Source: Dimorphilus gyrociliatus
Taxonomy: Eukaryota; Animalia; Annelida
Direction of reading: 5' to 3'
DNA: 64,000 nucleotides
Assembly: GCA_904063045.1 (NCBI GenBank)
Contig: CAJFCJ010000005.1
Location: 2,061,988 to 2,125,987 of the forward strand
Part shown: piece by piece, positions 12,191-24,452 of the stretch
How positions within the stretch are numbered: the first letter of the stretch is position 1
Layout: each line of letters starts with the position of its first letter
The notes under the pieces: model-generated
The model's database searches: none
What the model saw: the letters and a program-made list of their open reading frames with translations, nothing else
Told to the model about the DNA's origin: nothing
Made by a program: the position numbers and the translations under genes

Positions 12191-14048
12191 ATGGCGAATG
12201 GTCAAGAGAGTACTACACGTTGGTTGCCGCTTGAAAGCAACCCAGATGTAAGATGAATAAATTTTTTATGTAATTCTTTAATAAAATAAATTTTCTTTCG
12301 TTTCAGCTTATGAACAAAGTAAGTTTTATCAAACTTTAACTAATAAAGCATGTTAATGACATAACCATCAGCAACTGGTTGCCAGAAGCGCTTTTTTTTT
12401 TTTTGTCATTTGAACAATCTACGATTAGTACTAATTTAATTTTTTAACAATTCACTAAATCTATATTTTATCAAGTTAATTCTTGCTTTTTCATGAAATT
12501 TGTTCATAGTAATATAATATTACTATCTAAAACTTCCGATTTTGCAATAGTTCATCCGATTATTGCCCAATACCTTATATTGTGCAATACAAAGACAATA
12601 TCTACGAAAAACATTGAAATTATGATTATCTGAGAATTCGAGCAATATTTCACATTGTAATGCAATAATTATTCTGATCGAGATTTGATATTAACTAGTT
12701 ATTTGATATAGTATAGTAATACTTGTTTTCAAATTGTATTACCCTTATACAGTATGTTGAAGAGCTGGGAGCGGATATGGGCGAGTATCGTTTCACAGAT
12801 ATTTTTGGATTCGACGCAGACCTATTATGCATGGTTCCAAGACCTGTTCTAGGTCTGGTTCTACTCTATCCTCTCACGGAGAAGGTAATTTGTTATTATA
12901 ATTTGGCAACAAAATTTTAATAAGTTAATTTATACCACAAAAAATTCTTTTAGTCGGAGTCTGGCGAAATTGGTAAAGAAGATCAAAAATCGGATTTATA
13001 TTACACAAAACAAACAATTGGTAATGCTTGTGGAACTGTTGGTTTGATTCATATTTTAGCCAATACAAAAGAAACCCTAAACATTAAAGGTAAAACTATG
13101 GCAATATTTTTAAATTTAAATAATTGTTTAATTTTAAAATAAAAGCTGACTCGATAATTGGGAAATTCTTGGAAGCTACAAAGTCAATGTCTCCTCAAGA
13201 AAAAGCCGTTTATCTTGAAAAGGATGAAAGCTTTGGTGCAACTCATGAGGTTATAGCTCAACAAGGTCAAACACAGGTTAGTTCGGATGTATATGATCGG
13301 ACTATGTATACTATAACCATTATAATTAAACATTAAATGAAACAGTAGGCAAGTTTAGACAGTGCTATTTTGTACATGAAAAGAGCATCTCCGCAGAAAT
13401 CACTTGAAAGTGAACTAGACAACTTGAAAATAGTAGACAAAAGTAGTAAAACTAGTGGAAATTGTATAACGCGTAAACTTAAACCTATATTTGAAAGCAA
13501 AAATAAGAGCGGTTCAATGAGAAGCAATCGTTCACCAAATCCACAACAAGACCTAAAAGTGACTTCATCCGAAAGTAGTATTGATGATGTCAGTTAACGT
13601 CTAAATCTAGTTATAAGAATATTTGATATAAAAAACTTTGGAAAATAATTTATTTATTGTAGTTTTCCACTTGAGAAATGTCTTAAACGATAACCTTAAT
13701 TCATTTTGTTTATAGTGTCCCGGTAGAGAAGATAAGGTCGATTTGCATTTCATAGCTTTTGTTCACTCCAACGGAACTCTATATGAATTAGGTATGTGCT
13801 TATTACTTTTTTAATAAAAACTCAAGTTTCTTTGTCAATACAAAAGATGGAAGAAAGAATGGCCCAACTGCCCATGGTCCAACCACTCCTGACAATTTGC
13901 TTGAGGTAATGTCAAAAGATTAATTAAATATAAGGTCATAGTTTATTTGTAATTTTAACAGGATACTGTGGCAGTTGTAAAGAAGTTCATGGCCCGTGAT
14001 CCAGATCAAATGCACTTTAATCTGGTGGCTCTAGCCAAGAATATGTAA
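12191..14048 (+). CDS. UCHL3: Ubiquitin C-terminal hydrolase, UCH-L1/L3 family
   Basis: RWLPLESNPD start; 12-nt microexon 12307-12318 (LMNK); catalytic KQTIGNACGTVGLIH; KVDLHFIAFV; YELDGRK; C-terminal FNLVALAKNM*. Confidence 0.95.
13349..13588 (+). CDS. Candidate 240-nt cassette exon of the UCH gene
   Basis: CAGTAG acceptor ends at 13348, followed by 80 open codons and a GAT|GTCAGT donor at 13589. Phase 0/0, as required by the flanking exons (end 13276, start 13716). Confidence 0.55.
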
Positions 14049-14252
14049 AATTTATTTTGTATTACTCGGATACACAGCTTGAAAAATACACTTTATATAA
14101 TTTGAGCATTCAACTAAAATTTATTTCGTGTCCTTAATATTGTAGAATATTATAAAAGGACTGACTTCAAAAGCAAACCTCACAACGATGAATCAAGTAA
14201 TTTCAAAAGAGCATTTAATAACAAACTTGCTGTCAAAGTTTGGTAATACTCT

Positions 14253-14920
14253 CTATACGCTAACGTATCCTCTTAATCTTTGTTCATTCGTTTTTACATG
14301 TTTCACTAGTAGTATAGCAGCTATTAGGGTAAATAAGCTTGTGCTTGCTCCAACATAATAAGACATTCCGAATTCCAGAACTTTATTTTGGAACTTGAGG
14401 CCAAATATTACAATAGCACTTGTGTTCGACATAACTAAAATGAAATTTATAAATTAAAGAAGCCTATACCATTGTTATTTTTAGAACTTACAGGATAACA
14501 CCAATGAGCCAATAATTATTTTCAGCATAAATCTATCTCTATGACAGCCCTGGCAGAATAAGAACACAAAAGAAAAAAGACTTGCTCCAACTATACAGAT
14601 AAAACCTAAAATTGACAATGCTTGAACCGCATAGAACCAATCTGTAAACGAATAATTTTATTAAGCGTTATTACCATTTTGAACTTTTAATTTTTTATGA
14701 GCTTACAGTCTAAAACAACATATGGTGAACCATTAAAGATGCTGCTACAGTGTATAAAACTACAAGTTTGCCATAATCCAAATCTCGAGTCATTTGTTGA
14801 ATTTTTAGTAATAAATGAAGTGCTTGTCATCCATCTTGTCGTAGAAAGTGATATACAATTTAATAAAGTACATAGAAATGTTGTAGAGAAGCCAACCGAT
14901 AAAGGATTACAAATTGCCAT
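14253..14920 (-). CDS. Claudin/PMP22-EMP-MP20 family tetraspan protein
   Basis: TM1 followed by W...FGLWQTC...C signature, further hydrophobic helices in downstream exons, C-terminus ...RGYVSV*. Confidence 0.8.
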
Positions 14921-15100
14921 AACAACACTTTTGTTAAAGAAATTTCACATTTCACGAAAGTTACCAATCAAAATGCTTATCATGTGACTCCAGTCACATG
15001 ACTTAACAATTAGTACTACATCTATAGATACTTTTCAAAATGGCGCCTTTATGTCAAAGTCTCGTCAGACATTATGTATTACCCGGATATTTTTTATTTC

Positions 15101-15185
15101 AGTGATAGATGGCAGAAGATATTCTTTTACCAGGTTAGACAGGTGGCGCTGTTAAAGGAAGTGGGATACAGCAGAGGACGCTAGG
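15101..15185 (+). promoter_or_regulatory. Three tandem CTCF-like motifs between the head-to-head tetraspan genes
   Basis: AGATGGCAG (15107), AGGTGGCGC (15141) and AGAGGACGC (15173); same orientation, 34 and 32 bp apart. Confidence 0.55.
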
Positions 15186-15231
15186 CGCCATAAATAATCA
15201 ACCTTAAAAAAAGATTTAATTTTCATCAAGA

Positions 15232-16699
15232 ATGGCATCAGCCTGGGTTATAATTGGTCTAACAGTGACTGCTGTAGCTTTCGTGTGTTCAATTGTCTCA
15301 TATACCATACCATTCTGGCTGAACGAATCGAACAGTCATTTGGGTTTATGGGCAAAGTGTAGGTATGTATCAATCATGATGTAGAGGGCTGAGACAGAGG
15401 GGTTATAAAGGGATATATATAAAGAAATTCTGGCAACGATTATCTATAATACTGATCATTTTATCAGAGGTCGGAAATTCGAAAGAGATTGGGAATGTGA
15501 CTGGTACTGGGAAAATAACTTCAAGGAGGCCAAAGCGAAACCGAGTAAGTGAAAGTATTAAAAATAACTTTAATCATAAATATAAAGTAACCTTAATATT
15601 TATAATATTTCTTTTTTTTTTCAAACAGTATGGTGGCAAGCATCTATGGGCTTAATGGGTGTTGGCGTATTGCTATTGTTTATTACATTTCTTATAGGTC
15701 TAACGGCTTTATGCTGTTGTAAATCCGCCGTTAAATCCGGTTACTATATCTCCCTCTTTTTAATGCTGGCCTGTAAGTATATTAAAAAGAAAAAAAAACT
15801 ATTCTGATTGAATGCACAAGTAATCAATCCTTAGATGAAGAATCTATAGCATGTTATAGAAAAAGCATGATTTGCATAAAGTTTTGCAGCCTTTCTTTCT
15901 CCTCATTATAAGTTTCATTATATTCTGTTTCGTTCACTCTATCTATTTTTCCTCTCTCTCTTTATCAATTATACATTCGTACCCATCTTTATAATTGAAA
16001 TTAGTATTTTGTTTTTTTTTCTTTGCCCGACTGTTTCTTAAAAACAGGTATGCTACATATCGCTACCGCTGCTACATTCTACGGTTTTGGACATGAAAGA
16101 CGAGCAATACTGAGAGAAGTGTTGGGTCATTCCTATTGGATCTGCGTCAGCACGGCTTGCCTCTGTTTTGTGGCGTTCTGTTTATATTTAATGGACGCAT
16201 GTCGACACCAATATAGAGCTTTAAGTACCAAGGAAATCGTTTAATTTTTACGCTTTTTAATGTAAGTGTTCCTCCCCGAACGCCTTGGTTTTTTTTCTCC
16301 CCATTTACCACTTTTCTCTTTTTTTTTGACCATTTATTTTATTAGTTTACGTAAAATGTCGTTTATAGAACAACATTATTTCAACCCCTTAAAGGACTTT
16401 CTCTATCTGAATTATAAAAGCTTTTATATATATTGTATATATACTGTATATTGTTGTAAGTAGCTGTAACGAACTTTTTCTTTTATTTTAAAGTTATACT
16501 AGTGGCCATTGGGATAGCGTTGTTCGTCGTGAAGATGATGGTAATTAGAGGACTGGAAGTTAAAGACCTAAGTAAAAGTTTCGACTGGGCAGTATGGTTA
16601 GGAGTCGGTGGTGCATTATCAGCGCTCTTGGCTTCAATTCTCTTTACTTGCGCCGGTTGCGGAGCTAGTTACGAAGGTTATTACCGCGGCGACGTGTAA
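15232..16699 (+). CDS. Claudin/PMP22-like tetraspan with two alternative terminal exons (A 16048-16244, B 16494-16699)
   Basis: MASAWVIIGLTVTAVAFVCSIVSYTIPFW...LGLWAKC...C signature; TM2 exon ends at a phase-1 donor (GCC T|GTAAGT). Both downstream exons have phase-1 acceptors and each encodes two hydrophobic helices plus a stop. Confidence 0.8.
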
Positions 16700-17077
16700 A
16701 TAGAAAAATTTGGCACACACGGGGGAAAATATCTATCTCAAAATGGCTTTATATTTTTACTGTATACAAGAAAATATGTAGAATCTCTTCTCATTCTTTA
16801 AAAAAAAAGTTTTTTCTCTCATTTTCTCTTTTTTTTATATACTTTTTTATGTTTGTAAATTGTCTTTTCTTTCTTTCTTTTTACGTATATATATATATAC
16901 ATACAATGCGTATATTTGTTCTTTTGTATGTGTATAGTAAATTTCCTGATATTTTTGTTATAGAATCTCTAGTTTCTCAACGCAATATACTCGAATTTTT
17001 TAAGCTAATTTTATTAACCTTTTATTTTACAAAACTAATTCAGCCCGCAGCATTGAATTGTCTACTCAGTCCTGTTT

Positions 17078-19059
17078 TTATTCTGGATCCGTGCTATTTC
17101 TATACAAACTAGGTAACAGGTACTTTTTAAGAACGAAATCGGAAGTCCTCAAAGCTCCTTCCATTAATACTTGGCATCCACCGTCGCAATAATCGCTTCC
17201 GACCACATACACTTCGTGACCTTTAGCGAGCGGTTTTAGAGCTGATTTCATAGCCCTATGTGGTTGTATGCAGCGCTTCCAGACGTACTTAGCTTTCGAA
17301 CCCCAATCGTGAAATAGAACAGCAGCTGATGAGTCGAGCTTTCTAGGATAAATGCAGCGCTCCAGCTGGTCCAATAAGTCTATAGAGAGTCTTTTTTTAA
17401 AAATATCCTGGCTGCTTCTATGTCTTGAGTAAAGTCCACGGAAATAATCGGCATCCACACCATCCACATTTATCGTTACAAGATTGTTTTCCATCTTTAT
17501 AAATCTCCTTGAGGGTAAATCTGTCACGACAACATCCTTTATGAGAAGATCCGTTTTTGACCTAATAGCCGCTCCAAAAGCAGGGAAAACTTCCATTTTC
17601 GGTAATGGTACATGAGTGGTTTCTGCAGGGTCTTTACCGTTCATCCTCTGCATGGAAACATGATGCAGGGCATGAGGTGGAATGGCTAAGACTACCCGTC
17701 GGGCGCAAACTCTCTCAACACCTCCACCTCCTACGAAAGTTAAGTAGTAACGCCTATGCTTCCGGTAAATGCACGCAAGTTTACTTGCTAAGTATTTTTT
17801 TCGAATCGTGTCAGTCTTTAGATCCTGAGACTCTGTGAATTCTTTGAGCATTGCGTCTATTATTCGATTGAGGCCTTTCTTCATAAATTTTCTTTTGTCG
17901 TGTTTATAATTGCGATGAAAGTCGGTTAGAATTTGCGCGTTTAAATTACTAGTTAGACTGGAAAAGTATTCAAATCGCTCTCCAAACTTCCAAACATTAT
18001 CAAAATTTTTAGGTTTTCTATAGCTACCATATTCACGCACTAAATTGCGGAAGCTTTTCAAAGAAAAAAAAAACGCTAATTATGATTATGAAAAAAATTA
18101 CCAAAATTATGCTCTATTTTTAATATAATATGCATGATTATTATAGATAAATGGAAAATTTACCCAGTTTTAAAAAGAGGTACGCTTGAGAATTTGCTTC
18201 TCTTTCGATCCGTGCTATTGACAGTCCAAGTAGACAAGCGCCGAAGGATAGTTTCCGGTTGCAGGCTGACAGTCCCTAATCGAACATCTTTACAACGGTG
18301 GCGTTGGCTTTGCAAATAATAACTGCATGAGTCTGGGTTCGGTAGGAACGTGGAGAGCTCCTCGGTGAGGTTTAGAGCACGGATCAGTTTCATCAGACGT
18401 TCTTGCTGTGTCGGATCAAAGTGAGAGGCGCCAAACTCGAACCAGGTGGACGAGTTCGCCCTCACGGAACGTATTCGTCCACCGAATCGATCGGACGCCT
18501 CAAAAAGACCAATTTTTGTTCCTTTGCTCCCGCGCAGTTTGTAAGCGGTGTAAACACCACCTAAACCGCCTCCGATTACCGCCACGTCGAAGCATTCTGG
18601 CGGTCGTCGTTATGTGGCCGCATTTATTTAAAATTACCCCTTTATTTTATAATAATATGACTTACCTCGTCCCTCTATAGCTATCTCCTTTTCGTATTGC
18701 GACTTGTGAATCATAACTATACAAACTATAACTGCTATTGTACCAAAAATCATAGCGATCGTCATCAAAGTTTTTGCATGATTGGAGAAAAACTGACTAA
18801 CAGCTCCCTTAGGCTTATTATCTTCCTCGTTTAGCGTCAGCATGTCGGCCGCCCTCGACGCTCTTTTTCCCAACGAAGGACCTCCAGTTATCTGTTGAAC
18901 AAAGAGAAAGCATTTTTTAAGTATAAGGTCAATAAACTTTAGATTAGGAAAATTTCGAATTCAGGTCATTTCTAAATTAAATTTTACCGGATTTAAGGGC
19001 ATAGTTACTGAGAGAGGTTGTAAGGTTGGATCCACTGGCCTTAAATGCTGTTTTTGCAT
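17078..19059 (-). CDS. FAD-dependent amine/L-amino-acid oxidase (achacin/aplysianin-like) with an N-terminal TM anchor
   Basis: ECFDVAVIGGGLGG...LFEASDRFGGRI dinucleotide-binding motif, FEFGA, C-terminal VYVVGSDY...EGAL. Upstream exon 18666-18891 has TM TLMTIAMIFGTIAVIVCIVMI. The ATG at 19059 is inferred from a phase-0 join; an alternative ATG lies at 18843. Confidence 0.75.
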
Positions 19060-19180
19060 GATGTCTAAGTTATATAATCGCAACTATCCTCTAAACTGAA
19101 GCGGGCTTGTTTACCGAATGTAACGAACGTTGTGAGGAATCTTTTAAAATTAACCTCCCCCCCCCTTTTTTTTCCTTAAC

Positions 19181-19196
19181 TGCGCCACCTATTTCG
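19181..19196 (-). promoter_or_regulatory. CTCF-like motif between the oxidase and TRPC genes
   Basis: Reverse strand reads CGAAATAGGTGGCGCA. Confidence 0.45.
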
Positions 19197-19689
19197 AATG
19201 GGTGCACAATCCTTATCTGTTTGTCAAGTCTATATTAGACGTTAACCGGTCAATAACGTTCGAGTATATATTAACAAATTCTATAACCCTTATGCTCATT
19301 ATCATTCAATAATTTATGATATTCTGTATACAATGTTTGCAAGTCTTTTCTATATTAATTGACAAGCTTAATTTTGTCTTTCCTATTAATATATTGATTT
19401 ACTTGAAAGTATAAAAAAGCTGTAATATTCCTAAATCTAGGACATTGCAGCCAGAGCTGCAGAGTCTACCATTGCAATACTAATAAGCATTGGTAAATCG
19501 TTCTGCCTTGTGCATCTCTCGTTATCTTACTCTTGCCTATAACATTTACTTTTTTTTTCTAAAAAACCTCTTCGCTGGTTAAATATTGTTACGAAACTTT
19601 GCCAAAGTAGCTTATAGTCTATAGACATTGATCGACAGATCAACAAATCCTTACCGCCTGGAAATCTCGATGAGCTGCATCAGGTGCAA

Positions 19690-19697
19690 TGACGTCA
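19690..19697. promoter_or_regulatory. CRE palindrome within a GC-rich island upstream of TRPC
   Basis: TGACGTCA followed by TGCGCACGCA and GCATGCGCGCAT (NRF1-like). Confidence 0.4.
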
Positions 19698-20101
19698 TGC
19701 GCACGCAGTACCATGTGACGCTAACGACGCTGCTTTAGTCGGCATGCGCGCATATATATTCATATATGTTAGTAAAAGCGTTTTTTAAAAAAGGACCAAA
19801 AAATTTCTGGCAATCTTTAATCTTAATTAGATTGGCGCATTAATTTTATATATAAAGAGCGTAAAACTTATTTCAATTTGTAGATCTATGGAGAAATTTT
19901 CGTTTGATAAAAATAAACATTTTTTCTCTTCTATAAGATTATTAGGCCTACATATTTGTGCAGTTCGCCTAGTTATCGTTATCAAACAGTCTTATCACTT
20001 CTACCAGTCTCAAACTGGTGCTAACAGTACTGAACTAAAGTCGGTTGATTAGACACATTAAACTAGATATAGTCAATTAGTATTTATTCCTTGGGCCAAA
20101 T

Positions 20102-20441
20102 ATGTCCAAAACGACTAAAACAGATAGCCCGACCCATCATCAACTTGTGGAGAGAAAGAGAGTAACAATTCAAGCTCCTGAATTGGAGGATGAGGTGGAT
20201 CCAGCTGAATCAAAGACCGGTACGGTGGCAAGCTTATTAATATTCATTAATACAATTACTATTATAATTAATAATTATTTTCTGAAGTACTGTTATACTT
20301 AAAGAATAGTTTCTCTAATAGAAAAGTGTAATTATTTTCTTTTATCAATTTAAAATAAAGTCTACAGGAGCTCGAAAAAAAGAAAAAGGAGGCTTCAATA
20401 AACTAGGATAAACTGAGTTAATTATTTACGCGCATAAACAA

Positions 20442-20479
<38 letters not shown>

Positions 20480-23449
20480 TTATATACTATATATACGAAT
20501 ATTTTATTACATACACTCTCCTTTTTACAGGCCTTGGTTACACAGCTTTGACTAAACAGCAAAGGCATCTACTAAAATTAGTAGACGAGGGGGATCTATA
20601 TGAAGTGGAAGAGTATATAAAGGACAATCCATCTTTAGACATTAATGGTATCGACTACCAGGGACGGTCGGCGTTAACGATAGCTATAGAAAATCAAAAC
20701 GAAGAACTCGTTGAATATTTTATTTCCCAACCCAATATCCGATTCGGTGACTCTTTGCTTAGGGCCGTTAAAGAGGGTAATCTATCGGTGGTAGAGACGC
20801 TTATCGATGCTCAGGAAAGGTAGTTTTTCAGAATACTCTTCAAGATATATTTAACCAACAAAAATCCACAAGCATAGACAAACTAGGAATATGGCAAACA
20901 ATTTATAATTAGGATAGTGGAACATGCTAATTTACTAATTTATTACACAACATAGATAACGTAAAGATCATTCTTTTGTTGATTAGACTGATTACAATAG
21001 TGTGCATAGGACACTTCAAAACATATACAAAAAACCAAAAAAGACAATTGATTGAATAGGAGATAACAATAAAAAATTGACAATTCTATCTAATTTTTTT
21101 TCAAGTATTTCCTCTTTTTTTTTGCTAGGCGTACCAAAATGAATATCAAGGAGGAACCGATAGAAAGTGCTGAATTTGCTCCTCATATAACACCGCTTCT
21201 TCTTGCGTGTTTAGAAGATCATTTTGAAATTGCTAGATTCCTAATGTCACGTGGTCACGAATTGAAAATTTCTTCACCATTAGATTGTTAGTATAATAGA
21301 TATGTAGATTTCTTCTTGTCAATTATTAACTATAATATTCAATCTAAAAGACGAAGTGGTTGATGAATACGCTGAATATGGAGAACGGTTGGAAGATTCA
21401 AGAGCAAGAATAGATTCTTATAAGGCATTATCTAGTAGCTCCTATATGATGCTTAGCTCTGAAGATCCTGTACTAAATGCTTTTCGAATAGCTTATGAAG
21501 CTGACAAGATGACCGACAAGGATCCTATATATAAGGTTTTATTTCGTTATATACTATATATATATATAAATGCCATCATTCCTTATATATTCTCTAAAAT
21601 CAGGAAACTTTGATGGCCATATTATCTTATCCACTGTAGATATACAGTGCATATTGATATCAACCTCTTCTATTTCAATTTTCCCCTCCTATACAGGATG
21701 ATTATGAAGAAATGTCGGAAAATTGTAGGAAATTTTCTTGCGCTGTTCTAGACCAATGCCGTACTTCTGAGGAAGTTGCAATCATCTTATCCCAGACTCA
21801 TACTAAAAAAGATGGTCTAGGAACGGGAACAATTTATCCTCGTCTATTTTTGGCTATGGATTTAGAAATGAAAGAGTTCATAACACATTCTAATTGTCAA
21901 AAAGTTATAGAAAATATTTGGACCAAATATCATCCAAATGTCATGTGGTACTCACCATTATGGAAACTACTTTATTTTACACCTCAAGTTTTCCTATTGC
22001 CATTTATTTATTTAATCTATATTTTTGCGCCTTGCGCATCTTTTCTCAAGTACTGGCAGGCACCGATGAATAAGTTTCTGGGTCATCTAGTTTCCTACTT
22101 GGTTTTTCTTTGCCTTTTGTTCGTTAGTGTTATTAAAGGTGGAGATCAAGTAGGAAGTAGAGTACCGAATTTAAACGGAGGTATCGACATATGTATTTGG
22201 CTATGGGTTGCTGGTATGATATTTGAACAAGCGCAAGTGTCGGTCTTTAGCGGAATCAAGGGCTATAAAAAACAATGGTGGTTAATATACGATTTAGTTA
22301 TGCAAATAACGTTTGTCATATCCTTTATTGGCCGTTTGGCAAGTTTCATCAAGTCCAATGATGAAGGCGCCGCTTACAGAGATCTAGTTAGAGACCTATG
22401 GCCATGGAATGATCCTCAATTAATTTCAGAAGCATTCTATTGTTTTGCAACTGTCTTAGCATTCGGAAAATTACTGTATTTTGTTCAAGGAAGTAAAGTA
22501 CTGGGACCTATGCTATTGTCACTTAGTAGAATGATGTACGATGTATTTCAAGTTCGTAATTTATTTTGATAAATTAGAACAATTAATAGAGATGGATATA
22601 TCATTATCTTTTCCTCTTTTTCTGTCTTTTCTAGATGCTATTTCTCTTCGTACTGATTATGTTTGCGTTTGCAACAGCAATGGCTAGAATGAGTGGCTAC
22701 TATAAGGATTCAGCAAGAAAAGATGCTCCAGACGGTGATGTAACAAAACAACCTGATGCATTCACAGATTTTGGTTCATCTTTTAAAACATTATTTTGGA
22801 ATTTATTTGGTTATGGAGAACCAGAATTCGCTGATATAGTTGTTTCCAACAACTGTACTTCCACTATTAATTGCAACGTTTGTATATTAAGAATGTTGTA
22901 AAGGAACTTCAATATCTAATGAACCTTATTACCTTAGGTAAACAAGCATAAATTTACTGAGGGCTCGGGTTATTTATTGTACGGCCTCTATCATCTACTA
23001 GCCGTAACAACTATGCTTAATATGTTAATTGCTATGATGTCGAATTCCCTAAATCATATTCAAGAGAATGAGGACAGAGAATGGAAATTTTCACGTTCTA
23101 GATTATGGATAACATATTTAAATTATCCTTTCCTTCCTCCACCCCTTAATCTGATACCATGTCCAATAGAGATATATCATTGTTTCAAATGGACAACCAA
23201 ATATGTTTGTGGTAAGAACGACTCTGACGAAGTTGCAAAATTCTCCCAGCAAGTAAGTAATATTATATTCATTATATATAATTTCCTAGGAGCTTAGTTC
23301 TATTTAAATAATTTAGGAGTTTTACTCAAATGTTTGCAAAAATCCAAAAACTCTGAGAAGGCTATCCAGTGATATTTGTTCTTATGTTACCAACCTATAT
23401 TTTCCATTAGTTATACATATAGCTTTGTATTTACTATATACAGTATATC

Positions 23450-23488
<39 letters not shown>

Positions 23489-24264
23489 CAATTATTTCCT
23501 GGTTTTCTCTATTATCATTACAGTTATCTATCTCATTTTTCTTAATGAATTTTATTTACAAAAGTTTTCAGGAGGGGTAAGTTGAATGTCATTTTTTATT
23601 AATAGTTTAATAAGCCTATTTCTTTTATATTTCTCCTCTCTTTACTATTAATCATCCATAATTATTTCAAGAATGTTTCTTTTACTTTACTCCTATCTTA
23701 CTTAACCTATTATTCGTTTTGTTTCTTTTTTTTTCTTTATCTTCAACTAACTCTTCATTATAATTATCATTCAACATTGTACTTTATCTCAATGTTTGAA
23801 CTTGTAGTATATATAGTATAGTTTTGGTGTTTTGCCTAAACGATATTGTTATTAATTTGCAGAAAGGTTGCTATTTTGAAGACGAAGAAAGACGTACTGA
23901 AAAGGCAGAGCTGAAGCAACAATACTTAGTTCGATAATTAGTTAAAAAATTTCCTTATCTTATTAATATAAGCAAAATTTTACAGGATCTACTTGGACGC
24001 CTCTCTAAGCGATATTGGGCGTCTCAGGGCGACATGTCAAACATTGATGAATTAACTCCCGAACATTTAGAACAAGTTAAGATTGATATTGTTAAGGAAA
24101 TTCAAAAGTTGCAGTTGTCCAAGAGTCGTGCTCAAAGTCTAGCTGTAAGTTCTAAACACTTCAGAATAAATGGAATATAAGTTATTTATTTCGTTTTCAA
24201 GGCAACTCCGATTCTACCAAGGCACACTATTGATTTAGCTACGTTAAACCACAGGCTATCGTAA
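20102..24264 (+). CDS. TRPC-family cation channel (ankyrin repeats, 6TM, TRP box)
   Basis: Ankyrins (DINGIDYQGRSALTIAIEN), TPLLLAC, SRARIDSYKALSS, pore helix FKTLFWNLFG, S6 NMLIAMMSNS, TRP box EWKFSR. Confidence 0.92.
20444..20476. repeat. (AT)n microsatellite in a TRPC intron
   Basis: Directly visible. Confidence 0.95.
23456..23486. repeat. (AT)n microsatellite in a TRPC intron
   Basis: Directly visible. Confidence 0.95.
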
Positions 24265-24452
24265 AAGGATCTAAAGCGATTTATGTTTTCTGGCTTAAAC
24301 ACTTTATGTATGTTGTTTCTTAGTATTTACATATATATATATATATGTATGCAGTATATATATATAGTATATTAGTATATTGTGTATAATTTAATACAAT
24401 TTTTAACAAATAAAATGAACAAAAACAAACAATATTATACAAAAAACCAATT

